IMG/VR virus record: IMGVR_UViG_3300042880_000852
Source of the DNA: a virus
Strand: one strand, 5' to 3'
DNA: 64,000 nucleotides
Each line of letters opens with the position of its first letter. Position 1 is the stretch's first letter. Below the pieces are notes generated by a model. The model was not told where the DNA came from. It saw nothing but the letters and a program-made list of their open reading frames with translations, and ran no database searches. A program made the position numbers and the translations under genes. This document shows positions 35,776 through 45,819 of this stretch, piece by piece.

Positions 35776-38082
35776 ATGGCCTGTAATCTCTATTCAGTTA
35801 TACTACCACCCTCCAGTACTAATCAATACAACATTTTAGATTGTTCTGGTAATACACAATCAAAATTATATTTACCATTCGGTGGTGGTGAAATTAAATT
35901 TTGTGCTAACGAAATTGTAGAATTTACAGGAGCCACACCTTCTGTAACTTCAGGGGCTTGTCAAAGTAATTGTACATGTTTTACAACTAATTTATTAACA
36001 AATGAAAGTAATTTAACTAATTTAACTTATGTAGATTGTAACAACAATTATTATGTTGATAAGGGACCTGCGTTTGCTCCTGATAAACAAATCTTAAATG
36101 CTCAACCAGGTGAATTTTTTGATTTTTGTGCTTTATATGTTTCTGTAAACACCAGAGGTTGGTCTGTTACTAATAATGGTGATTGTGAAACTGGTTGTAC
36201 TTTTTGTCGATGTATAATTGTTAGTAATACAACCAGCGAACTGACCGAAAATTTTACTTATACTGATTGTAACGGTAGCCCAAATTTAGTCACACTTAAT
36301 CCTAAAGAAACAATCACTTTTTGTGGGTTAGATACAGATATTACTGTTGCACAGTCTACCAACAATTTAGCGGTTAACTACGGTAATCAATGTGTTGATG
36401 ATCCAGGTGCTGATTATCCTTTTAAATGCCCTTGTAAGTGTACAACATTTTCTAATGACACACAAGCGTATAATGATGATGTTTATTTACTTTATACTGA
36501 CTGTGATAACAACACCAACACAATACAACCAAATATAAGTACAAAATTTGAAACTATTACTTGTGTTCAAAATTTTGTGTCCATAATTCCTGGAATTCCG
36601 AATGATAGACCAGAACCAAATGCTTGGTCTGCAACATATCAATCAGATTGTACAGATGGTTCGTGCCCTTGTTATTGTTATAGTATTTTCAACGATGGAC
36701 CTGAATTTTCACTTGGTTATGTAGATTGTGGTGCGACTGGAACAACAATTCATACTATTTACAATTCCTTTTTCGGTATAAATACTTCTTTTTGTAGTCC
36801 TTCAATTATTACTCAACAAGACATAACTGAATTATCAACCAACAGCAAATTATACACAGGTAATACTTGTTCTAGTGGTAGTTGTGTTTGTAATTGTTAT
36901 AGTTTGACAAATAATAATGGTTTTAGAACACAACCTAAATATATCGATTGTAACGGTAATTTACAAACTATATCATTAGAAGATGGGGAAACACAAAAAG
37001 TTTGTAGCATTGGTTTAAGTTATAGTGATACTGAAAATATAGATATAATAAATGAAGGTCCTTGTATTGATGGTGAATGTCCATCCACACCAATAACTGG
37101 TGATTGTACTTGTTATTATGTTATATCAACAAATGGTCTTGAAACTATAGATGTTTCAATAGTAGATTGTGACAATATTCCCAATGTTTTAACTTTAACA
37201 GAAGGTAAAGGTTTTTGTGCGAAAAGTTATATTTCAGCTAGTGAAGTGGGTAGTTTAATAGGTAGGAGTAATGGTTTATGTACAGGGGGTGAATGCCCTC
37301 AAAATGTTAATTGTTACAATATAGATGCTGGTGGAAGTTCAGATGTTCAAACATATTATATTGATCCCGAAGGAATTGTTAGTTTAATATCAGAACCTGG
37401 TCCCGTTAGTTTTTGTGCAAAAGTTGTTTTAACTGAATATGATAGTACGGGAAATCCTGTCGGTAATGAACTGGGTACTGTTACAAATACAGGTGATTGT
37501 ATTTTTAACGAAACTGAAGGTCTTTATAACTGTCCGGCACCTTGTTATTGTCTTTATTCATTCAATTCTACGTTTGTTGATTACATTAACTGTAATTACG
37601 AATCTGTAACTTTATCTTTAAGTCCAGGATTTAATAAAATTTGTGCACAATCCGTGATTAGTTCTGATGGTACTTTTTTTGATAGTGGGTTACTTTGTGA
37701 TAATAATAGATGTCCTAATTACTGTTGTAATTGTTATACTATTACTAATTTAGGGTCAAGACCATTTATCGGTTTTACTTATTTAACATGTGATTTAACT
37801 ATGTCAGAACCGTATGATATTCCGGCAAGTGAATCTTTAACAGTTTGTGCATTAAACGTACCTCCTGATGCTAATGGAGGGGCAGCCAGATATAGCGTGA
37901 CTTTAAACGGACCTTGTTACAATGGACAATGTGTAGATACAATGTCAATTCAAGATCAATTATTATATGACATTTTAACAACATACGGACCTTGTCCTGA
38001 TATATGTTGTGGTAAAAACGAAGGTTTTGGTGGTCCAGTTGGTATCGATATCAACGACATCAAATCTGGTAAAGTTCTATAA
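35776..38082 (+). CDS. Cys-rich tandem-repeat protein (about 8 Y-x-DC...FC modules); candidate adhesin or fibre component
   Basis: repeated modules such as YTDCNGSPNLVTLNPKETITFCG and YIDCNGNLQTISLEDGETQKVCS; conserved C-terminal GPCPDICCG..GGPVGIDINDIKSG. Confidence 0.5.
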   Translation: MACNLYSVILPPSSTNQYNILDCSGNTQSKLYLPFGGGEIKFCANEIVEFTGATPSVTSGACQSNCTCFTTNLLTNESNLTNLTYVDCNNNYYVDKGPAFAPDKQILNAQPGEFFDFCALYVSVNTRGWSVTNNGDCETGCTFCRCIIVSNTTSELTENFTYTDCNGSPNLVTLNPKETITFCGLDTDITVAQSTNNLAVNYGNQCVDDPGADYPFKCPCKCTTFSNDTQAYNDDVYLLYTDCDNNTNTIQPNISTKFETITCVQNFVSIIPGIPNDRPEPNAWSATYQSDCTDGSCPCYCYSIFNDGPEFSLGYVDCGATGTTIHTIYNSFFGINTSFCSPSIITQQDITELSTNSKLYTGNTCSSGSCVCNCYSLTNNNGFRTQPKYIDCNGNLQTISLEDGETQKVCSIGLSYSDTENIDIINEGPCIDGECPSTPITGDCTCYYVISTNGLETIDVSIVDCDNIPNVLTLTEGKGFCAKSYISASEVGSLIGRSNGLCTGGECPQNVNCYNIDAGGSSDVQTYYIDPEGIVSLISEPGPVSFCAKVVLTEYDSTGNPVGNELGTVTNTGDCIFNETEGLYNCPAPCYCLYSFNSTFVDYINCNYESVTLSLSPGFNKICAQSVISSDGTFFDSGLLCDNNRCPNYCCNCYTITNLGSRPFIGFTYLTCDLTMSEPYDIPASESLTVCALNVPPDANGGAARYSVTLNGPCYNGQCVDTMSIQDQLLYDILTTYGPCPDICCGKNEGFGGPVGIDINDIKSGKVL

Positions 38083-38184
38083 TCCTATTTATCTTAACTA
38101 TAATGGTATAATTACCGCATTTAGTGCATATTTATTAAGAAATAATGGAAATATGCCAGTAACTCATTTTAATTATATAAAAAT

Positions 38185-40719
38185 ATGAAAAATATAACAA
38201 ATAAAGATTTACAAAGAATGATAAGTTTAATGGGTAATAAAAAACCTATTACTGAAAATAAAATTCATTCATCTCTTGAATTAATCAAAAAATCTCCAAA
38301 CGGCAAATATTATGGTGTTGTTAGAGAAACAAAAAAATACTATATAAAAGAATCTAATGATGGTTCTAATTTTGATTTTATCGGCGGTGTTGCTAATAAA
38401 ATTAAAAATCAGTTTGAATCTTACGAACAAGCTGTTAGAAAACTTAATTTAATGTTAGAAGATACTGATGTATTAACTCCAGACATTATTCAAGAAAAAA
38501 AGTTTGTTATTAAAACAAAAAAGAAAAAATCTGTTGAGCCTAAAGCTGAAGAAACACCTGAAGGTGGGGGTGATTTTAGTTTTGGTGGTGAGGAAACTGA
38601 AAGTGAAGAAGAAGGTGGTGATTTTGGCAGTGAAGAAGGTGGTGAAGATTTTAATTTTGGTGGTGAAGAAGAAACAGAAGAAAGTGATGAGTTTGGTGGT
38701 GAAGAAGAAACAGAAGGTGGAGAAGATTTTGAATTTGGTGGTGAAGAAGAAGAAAGTACTGAGGATACTGAAGAAGAAACCGACGAAGATTTAGATTTAG
38801 AAGACGAGGGTGAAGATTCTATTAAATACATTCAAAAAATGACTGGTAAATTAGGTCAAAAACTTAGAGATACTGAAGATTTATCATCGGATACAATGAA
38901 ATGGGTTGCTAAAAGTGTTCTTTCAGCATTAGACCTTGACCAAATGGATTCTGAAGATAAAAAAGATATTATTCGTACTGTTAAAAAGAAAAAAGAAGAA
39001 AGTTCTGACGAAGAATTTGATTTCATGAACGACAAACAAGTTATGTCAACACCAATCATGACTTATATGTCTAATGACGATATGGTCGATTGGAATAAAT
39101 TGTCTGACCAAGAAAAGGCTCAAATTGTTAATAACGGTGATGATGATTTAATGGATATGGAAGAAACAAACACTTGTTCACACTGTAATGGTTTAGGTCT
39201 TGATGATATGACAGGTGAAGAATGTGAGTGGTGTATGGGAACTGGTGTTGAAGACATGGAAGATTATATGATGGATTCAAAAGAAGAAGATGATATGTAC
39301 GGACCTGGTGAAGATAAAATTGAAAGTGGTGAAGAAATATTATCTGATGATAATTGTTCTTATGGTAGTGACCGTAATCAACCTTACTATGGTGAAACTG
39401 AAATGGAAGGTTATCCAGGTATGGAAGAAGACTGGATGTCTGATAAAAAAGACTACATGTCAAGATTCGCTAAAAACGTTAAACGTTCAGTCCAAGGTAA
39501 AAAAATGGATGAAGAAGAACTTGATTCTCATTTAAGAAAAATTAAAAATAAATTAGGTGGTTCAGATATTAGTATAGATGACAATAAAGTTGTAGGTAGA
39601 TTTGGTTACGTTGACGTAAAGTCTAATGGTTATACAGTTCATTTAGAAGGTCAAAAATTTGGTAAAACTTTTCAATTCAATGAATTAGGTAAATTACACG
39701 ATTATGTTAGAGAAATGGGTGAAGATTATATGGATGACCCATATATGATGCCTCAACCAGCTCCAGCAAGACCTCAGACAAGACCTGATACACCTACAAA
39801 ACCTGCTAAACCAGGTACCGATAAACCAAGTCCTTCAAAACGTCCTTTTACACCTCCGCCTCATATTACACCTGGTGAAGAACCAAATCCTAAAGCAGGG
39901 TATGATGAATATGGTATGGAAAGTTACGGACCAACTGAAGGTATGGATTATATGGAAGATGATACTATAGAAATGTGTTCAGCCTGTGAAGGTAGAGGAC
40001 ATGAATATGGTCGTATAGGTTTTAATCGTCAAACAAACTTTTGTATTACTTGTGCAGGTACTGGTATGGTTCCTAGAATGGAAATTAATGGTGAGGTTGA
40101 TGAGCCTTATACGGACGATGCTAACCCTATGTACGGTAATCAAACAAATACTTTACCAAAAGGTATGGGTACTAGATACCAATACAAAGAAAAATTTACT
40201 TTTCCATTTGGTATGGGTGAAAATAGTAAACGTAACAAAAAAACTATTAAAGAAGACCATTTAAACAATAAAATGGCTTCTTATGAACAGGATATGGCTT
40301 ACGAAGATGTTGAAGATATGGCTAGACAACACGGTATGGATGTTGAATTTTGTCACAAAGATATGGCTAAAGACCCTGAAGAACAAACCATTTATTTGGA
40401 TTTAATGAAAAAGGGTAAGGTTGTGGCTAAGATTAGAATTAACACGGCAGGTGATATTGAAATGGGTGGTATGAAAGGTAAAGTTTTTAAAGGTGAACCA
40501 GTTGACTCTCATTCAGATTTTGACGAAGTTTTAGATGAAAAAGGAATAAAAATGATGCCTCAACCAGCTCCAGCAAGACCACAAACAAGACCTGAAACAC
40601 CTGTTAAACCGGCAAAACCGGGAACAGATAAACCATCTCCATCTAAGAGACCGTTTACACCTCCGCCTCATATTACACCTGGTGAAGAACCAAATCCTAA
40701 GGCAAGATATAGAAGATAA
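38185..40719 (+). CDS. large acidic repeat protein with two DnaJ-type CxxCxGxG zinc-finger pairs and a duplicated Pro-rich C-terminal segment
   Basis: GGDF/EE tandem repeats (38560-38770); CSHCNGLG..CEWCMGTG and CSACEGRG..CITCAGTG; 155-nt direct repeat at 39745-39899 and 40552-40706. Confidence 0.55.
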   Translation: MKNITNKDLQRMISLMGNKKPITENKIHSSLELIKKSPNGKYYGVVRETKKYYIKESNDGSNFDFIGGVANKIKNQFESYEQAVRKLNLMLEDTDVLTPDIIQEKKFVIKTKKKKSVEPKAEETPEGGGDFSFGGEETESEEEGGDFGSEEGGEDFNFGGEEETEESDEFGGEEETEGGEDFEFGGEEEESTEDTEEETDEDLDLEDEGEDSIKYIQKMTGKLGQKLRDTEDLSSDTMKWVAKSVLSALDLDQMDSEDKKDIIRTVKKKKEESSDEEFDFMNDKQVMSTPIMTYMSNDDMVDWNKLSDQEKAQIVNNGDDDLMDMEETNTCSHCNGLGLDDMTGEECEWCMGTGVEDMEDYMMDSKEEDDMYGPGEDKIESGEEILSDDNCSYGSDRNQPYYGETEMEGYPGMEEDWMSDKKDYMSRFAKNVKRSVQGKKMDEEELDSHLRKIKNKLGGSDISIDDNKVVGRFGYVDVKSNGYTVHLEGQKFGKTFQFNELGKLHDYVREMGEDYMDDPYMMPQPAPARPQTRPDTPTKPAKPGTDKPSPSKRPFTPPPHITPGEEPNPKAGYDEYGMESYGPTEGMDYMEDDTIEMCSACEGRGHEYGRIGFNRQTNFCITCAGTGMVPRMEINGEVDEPYTDDANPMYGNQTNTLPKGMGTRYQYKEKFTFPFGMGENSKRNKKTIKEDHLNNKMASYEQDMAYEDVEDMARQHGMDVEFCHKDMAKDPEEQTIYLDLMKKGKVVAKIRINTAGDIEMGGMKGKVFKGEPVDSHSDFDEVLDEKGIKMMPQPAPARPQTRPETPVKPAKPGTDKPSPSKRPFTPPPHITPGEEPNPKARYRR

Positions 40720-41135
40720 TGAAAGAATTGTATTTAATATACATAAATAAAATCGGAACGAACTTTAGAGGGGAGCACATTTTTGAGTTCCTCTTTTCAG
40801 ATCGAACTAATTACGATTGGGATGAAACTTGGTATGAATCTTCTGTTGTTACCGATAAAAATGATTTGACTCCAGACCCAAGTTTTATTAAACTTGTTGG
40901 TGGTTTAAAAACTCCTGAATTAGATTTAGAATTAATTCAAAATTCGGGTGTATTTCAAATTTATAATGCAGTAGAAGGTATTATTGCATTAGGTTGGGAA
41001 AAACTACAAGACGACCAAGACTACCCTGAAGAAAGGTTGGTTTTTAGATTTGGTGAAACCAAAGAATCAGTAGAAGAAAAGTTATATTCTCTTGATTTGG
41101 TTTTAAATTATGATGAAAGTAAAGTTAAAAAGTAA
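40719..41135 (+). CDS. hypothetical protein
   Basis: 138-aa ORF overlapping by ATGA. Confidence 0.4.
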   Translation: MKELYLIYINKIGTNFRGEHIFEFLFSDRTNYDWDETWYESSVVTDKNDLTPDPSFIKLVGGLKTPELDLELIQNSGVFQIYNAVEGIIALGWEKLQDDQDYPEERLVFRFGETKESVEEKLYSLDLVLNYDESKVKK

Positions 41136-42877
41136 TGTCTAAAAAATACATAAAAGAGGCTGACGAAAATTTTGATAGTAAAGTTGCTACCGTAGATGAA
41201 AAACTTAAAAACTTAAACGAAAAATTGATAGAACTTAATAAAAGAATATCTAACAGTAAAACAGAAGCGACGGCAGCAAATTCTCAAGCTAATAAAGCGG
41301 TAGGTGTTAATCCTGAGGCTCAAACACAGGATAAAAAAATGAAAATGGCACAAGCAGCAAAGTCAATAGCTGATTCAAGGTATTATCAAGAAGAACTTAA
41401 AAAAATTAAAAATGAGATTAGTTTGGTAAACCAAGAAAAATCTGATTTATTAAAAAATAAAAATACTCAAACAGAAAATATAATGGCAAAATTAACAAAA
41501 AAAGATATTCTTAAAATGGTTGAATCCAGTGAACCCGCTAGAATGACAAAAAGAGAATTAGTAGAATCTGTTACTAACAGATTGTTACTATCTGAAGATA
41601 TGAATGACGATTTAAGACGTAAAATTGAACGTGGTGAACACGATTATTCGGAACATATAGATCCTGAAACTGTTAAAAGAATGTCTGACGAAATTGTTAG
41701 AGCTGCCAAAGAAAATATTGAATCAAGAGGTGGTAGAGCTAACCTTGAGGGGGCTCAAGAATTAATGTCCCGTGGTTTAATGGGTGCGTTACAAAAAGAA
41801 GCACGTCACAAAAGAGAATTAGAACAATTAGCTATTAAATTAGTTAGTGAAGAATACGGTGTACCCCAAGACGCGGTTGATTTTGAGGCAAAAATTACTG
41901 GTCACCCACAGTTAGGTGGAGAAGAAATCCGTAAAACAGGTTTAAAAATGAGAAAAGGTGATAAGAGACCACCACAAGGTAAAACCGCTGAAGAATTAAA
42001 ACCTAATGTTACAAAACGTAGATTAATGAATGCGATGATGCATGGTGCAGCACGTAAAGGGCAAAATCTTTTCCATATGGCATCAGATGATTTACGTAGA
42101 ATAGACCCAAGTTTAGCTCAAGATTATAGTAAACTTATGGCTGGTAATGATTTTATGTATTGGGCATTAAGTGATGATACAATTGCACAAGAAAGTGAAA
42201 GTGGTGTACATGCTGGACAAGTAAAAGTTAGTCTTGCCGGACCAAAACCAAAAATTATTGCTCAAGGTATGACATTCCCTTTCTTACTTCATGAATTAAC
42301 AAAAGGTGTGTTAGAATTAATTTCTTTACATGGCCTTGATGTTGATAAAGAAACAAGAGATTATGTTTTAGACAAAACCGATAATCTTGAATCTGAACCA
42401 ATGGATATTCGTTTAGGTGTTAAAATTTGGGAAAAACTTTTAGAAACTATGGATGTTGACGCTTTACCTTATAAGGCTCAAATTTTTACTAGAATGTCTG
42501 AATTATCTCCTTCTGAATTTAATAACATTGTTAACGGATTGTTAAATGATTCTGAACAAGCAAAAGAAAAAGTTAGAGAGATTGTTTATGATGTTATTAG
42601 AGAAAATAATGAAGATGATGTTGAACAGGCTATGAAACAATTCCGTGAACCAGAAGGCCCAAGTCCTGATGATGAAGGCCCAGTAGCACCTGAAGGTCCA
42701 GATGATGAAGATGATGAATTAGCAAAACTTTTAGGTAAAAAAGGTGGTGAAGAAGAAGTTGACGACCCAAGAACTTGGTCTAAACGTGAACTTGAAAATG
42801 CTAGAGATGAGGCTTTAGATAATGAAGATTATAAAATGGTGGCTTTTTATCAAACTATTTTAGATGAAAAGTATTAA
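41135..42877 (+). CDS. coiled-coil protein with acidic C-terminus
   Basis: 580 aa; heptad-rich N-terminus; DDEGPVAPEGPDDEDDE tail. Confidence 0.5.
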   Translation: MSKKYIKEADENFDSKVATVDEKLKNLNEKLIELNKRISNSKTEATAANSQANKAVGVNPEAQTQDKKMKMAQAAKSIADSRYYQEELKKIKNEISLVNQEKSDLLKNKNTQTENIMAKLTKKDILKMVESSEPARMTKRELVESVTNRLLLSEDMNDDLRRKIERGEHDYSEHIDPETVKRMSDEIVRAAKENIESRGGRANLEGAQELMSRGLMGALQKEARHKRELEQLAIKLVSEEYGVPQDAVDFEAKITGHPQLGGEEIRKTGLKMRKGDKRPPQGKTAEELKPNVTKRRLMNAMMHGAARKGQNLFHMASDDLRRIDPSLAQDYSKLMAGNDFMYWALSDDTIAQESESGVHAGQVKVSLAGPKPKIIAQGMTFPFLLHELTKGVLELISLHGLDVDKETRDYVLDKTDNLESEPMDIRLGVKIWEKLLETMDVDALPYKAQIFTRMSELSPSEFNNIVNGLLNDSEQAKEKVREIVYDVIRENNEDDVEQAMKQFREPEGPSPDDEGPVAPEGPDDEDDELAKLLGKKGGEEEVDDPRTWSKRELENARDEALDNEDYKMVAFYQTILDEKY

Positions 42878-42927
42878 AAATCTTAGCGTTAGGACCGTTA
42901 AGTTATGAAGGTGAAAGCCCTCAAATT

Positions 42928-42960
42928 AAAACCCATCTTTCGCTCAGATGGGTTTTTTTA
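42928..42960 (+). terminator. intrinsic terminator
   Basis: cccatct-ttcgctc-agatggg hairpin followed by T7. Confidence 0.6.
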
Positions 42961-42999
42961 TGCTTTAGTTTCTAATTTAAATTCAGATATTTATTTGAT

Positions 43000-45771
43000 A
43001 TGAGAAATATATTTTTGTTAGAAGAATTACTTTTAGAAAATAGAATAGATGATGTTAAAAAGAAATATCCTAACGTACCTTCTGAAGTTATAGAAGAGTT
43101 TGCTAGTAATGACCCTTCTGGTACCAACAAATATTTGGATTGGATGGTTTATACCAAGTCTATAGGTTTTCCCGGTATTGGTACGTCAAATGTTATTAAA
43201 AATATAAATTTATTTCATAAAAACATTAACAAATTAACCAAAGAATTTTTTGATGAATTTATTAAAGAAAATAAATTTGAATGGTTACTTACTGATAACT
43301 CACCTGTAGCCAAAACTTTTCAAAATATTTATAAAAGTCCTAAAGATATTAATACTTACAAAGATTACGGTATTGCTTCAGTAATTTTTAAATCTGTTGA
43401 TAACGTGTTATCTAAATCTGAGGTTAAAAAATTAGAAGCAAATGTTTTATACAACTCTGATGATTTATTAATCATGATTCCTAAATCACATAGAGCATCT
43501 TGTTACTACGGAGCTGGAACTAAATGGTGTACAACAAATAAAGAAAGTGATAATTATTTTAAAAATTATACTAATAAAGGTACTTTAATTTATGTTATAA
43601 ATAAAAAAGAACCTGAAACAAACCCTTGGTATAAAACTGCCTTTTTAATTGAAAAAGAAAATGGTAAAGTTCAAGCCTATGATGCTCCAGACCATCCGAC
43701 CGATATAAATATTGCGGCAGAAAAATTAGGTGATAATTGGGGAATTATCAGAGACGTTATTGTAGAATATCTTTATAAAAATGAATTAAAAGGTATTGAA
43801 AACCTTTATTTTGGACAAGATTTGATTGCTTGGTTAGAATCCAAAGATATTGATCCACTTAAAACTTTAAATTCAAATCAATTAATTGAAAAATTGGGTC
43901 ACAATACTTTAATATCTTATTTAAATAAAAGGGGTATTAATATATACGAATATCTACCGTATAGACAAATATTAGAAATTTATTCGATTCAAAAAATATG
44001 GGAAGGTTATAAAAATATCGGTATTAACCCGTTAACCAAAATGTTTATCAAACGTAATGACGCAGACGATTTAATTCAGGCAATAAAAAATAAAACCATT
44101 TCTTTAGATGAGTTTTTACATTTAAGTTCTGACCCAAAATTTTTAGAATCTGTTTCAGGTGGTGAAGTACAAGGAACTAAAAACATTTTTACAATAATGA
44201 ATTTGTTTTTTGGAAGTAGTAGACCGGACGATTGGATGAGTTCTAGAATAGCACCAGCCTTAATAGAATTATTTAACAATGATGTTGATTTGATATTTGG
44301 TTACGCTAAAAACATAGGAGTAAACTTATTCCAAGCTTTAGATGTTAGGGGTATGAACCATCTTTTAAATAAAAAATTTGATTTTGAAAATGCTTTAAAA
44401 TATACCTTACAAAATAAAGATTATTTAAAAAGTACTTTAGTTAATTACGGTTTCCCTAAAAAAGAAGTTATTGAGTATCTTTCTAAACAACCCAACGGAA
44501 TAGAGTTATTTAAAGAATTAGTTGACAAGGACTTAATAAAAGATTTAAGGATAGAAGAAGTTTTACCGTTTTTTAAAGATGACAGAAAAGAAGTTTTTTT
44601 ATTTTGGTTAAAATCTAAATTTAGAGGCAGGTTTGATGTTGAGGATGTTTTGGATGCTGCAGGTCCCGAAATAGGTAAAGTTTTTTCAAACATAGAATCT
44701 TTTGAAGCTTTTATAAGTGAAAATTATTTACACAAAGATTACGATATTTTAAAATCTGTTTCCATAAAATCTTTATGGAAAAGTTTTTTCAACAAAGATT
44801 TTTATCAATTATATAAAACGTTTTTAGAAAAAGGTAGAGCTAATGAACTAGATACTTTGATGTTGATAAAGGCTTATGAAGATGCTCCTGTTGAAGAGGG
44901 TACTGGGTTAAAAAATATTGTTTTAGAAAGAGCTCATTATGAATTAAAAGGCGATAACAGATGTAAATTAGAAACTAGAGACGGTGTTGATTATATCATT
45001 TTTGAAGATTTGGACCGTGTTTTAGGGTTATTTGATGATAATGCTGATTATTACAGTGTCCTATCAAGTAGTTTTAACCCTGATACTTATGAAAATTTTT
45101 CTGATATAAGTTATTTTTTAGACAATGAAATCACAATTAAAGTAATTAAAGATTACCTAATGGATAATTTTAGAGAAAAAAAGGTGGGTTTAAATTTAGA
45201 CTGGTTGGAAGATTTTGATGATTTAGGTGATAGAATTAAAATAGACGACATCAACGATAAATTTTATTTTAAATTATATGATGAATTAATTCAGGGGATG
45301 TCTGGTTATAATATATTAGTATTAGTTGAAAACTCACCTGAATTAAAAAAACTTAAAGAAGTAATTGAATCGTCTTACAGTATTGTTTATAAAGATTTAC
45401 TTAGGAAAGAACTTAAAGATGAGTTGACATCGAAAATGGAAGGTATTTTTGGTGATGATTTTATGCGAACTAAAAAAATTCAAAATAAATATAAAGAACC
45501 GAAAACTGTTTATGAATTTAGGTATGATTATTTAATGGATGATATTATCACTTTTGCTGATGATTTTGTTTTTTATGAAGAAGAACTACCCAATTCGGTT
45601 TATGATTTAATTGTATCGTTAATGGAGAATAATAAAGGTAGGTTTGACGGTACTGTTAGTTTAGATTTAGAATATGTTATGGAAATTTGGTCCCCGTATG
45701 AAAATCAGGAATTGTTTTTAGAAACTTTTACCAATGAACTATATCAAACCCTAAGTAAATCCGAAGATTAG
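43000..45771 (+). CDS. paralog-family protein C (NKYLDWMV ... YGAGTKWCTT core) with a roughly 700-aa C-terminal extension
   Basis: core LLIMIPKSHRASCYYGAGTKWCTTNKESDNYFKNYTNKGTLIYVINK; lies immediately upstream of the large terminase. Confidence 0.55.
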   Translation: MRNIFLLEELLLENRIDDVKKKYPNVPSEVIEEFASNDPSGTNKYLDWMVYTKSIGFPGIGTSNVIKNINLFHKNINKLTKEFFDEFIKENKFEWLLTDNSPVAKTFQNIYKSPKDINTYKDYGIASVIFKSVDNVLSKSEVKKLEANVLYNSDDLLIMIPKSHRASCYYGAGTKWCTTNKESDNYFKNYTNKGTLIYVINKKEPETNPWYKTAFLIEKENGKVQAYDAPDHPTDINIAAEKLGDNWGIIRDVIVEYLYKNELKGIENLYFGQDLIAWLESKDIDPLKTLNSNQLIEKLGHNTLISYLNKRGINIYEYLPYRQILEIYSIQKIWEGYKNIGINPLTKMFIKRNDADDLIQAIKNKTISLDEFLHLSSDPKFLESVSGGEVQGTKNIFTIMNLFFGSSRPDDWMSSRIAPALIELFNNDVDLIFGYAKNIGVNLFQALDVRGMNHLLNKKFDFENALKYTLQNKDYLKSTLVNYGFPKKEVIEYLSKQPNGIELFKELVDKDLIKDLRIEEVLPFFKDDRKEVFLFWLKSKFRGRFDVEDVLDAAGPEIGKVFSNIESFEAFISENYLHKDYDILKSVSIKSLWKSFFNKDFYQLYKTFLEKGRANELDTLMLIKAYEDAPVEEGTGLKNIVLERAHYELKGDNRCKLETRDGVDYIIFEDLDRVLGLFDDNADYYSVLSSSFNPDTYENFSDISYFLDNEITIKVIKDYLMDNFREKKVGLNLDWLEDFDDLGDRIKIDDINDKFYFKLYDELIQGMSGYNILVLVENSPELKKLKEVIESSYSIVYKDLLRKELKDELTSKMEGIFGDDFMRTKKIQNKYKEPKTVYEFRYDYLMDDIITFADDFVFYEEELPNSVYDLIVSLMENNKGRFDGTVSLDLEYVMEIWSPYENQELFLETFTNELYQTLSKSED

Positions 45772-45819
45772 GACTTAAATAATGTTCTTGATATTTATAT
45801 ATCAAAAGAACGTTATATT

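Noticed and set aside
38560-38770. Possible CRISPR-like array (regular short repeats)
   Set aside because: The repeats are in frame within a continuous ORF and encode GGDF/EE peptide repeats. There are no unique spacers of constant length and no cas genes.
38490-38831. ORFs 38490..38831(-) and 38504..38794(+), Ser/Lys-rich
   Set aside because: These are alternative-frame or antisense readings of the GAA/GGT-rich acidic repeat region of gene 38185..40719, which produces long open frames artefactually.
44076-44693. ORFs 44076..44279(-) and 44445..44693(-)
   Set aside because: Antisense within the 923-aa paralog gene 43000..45771, with no independent support.
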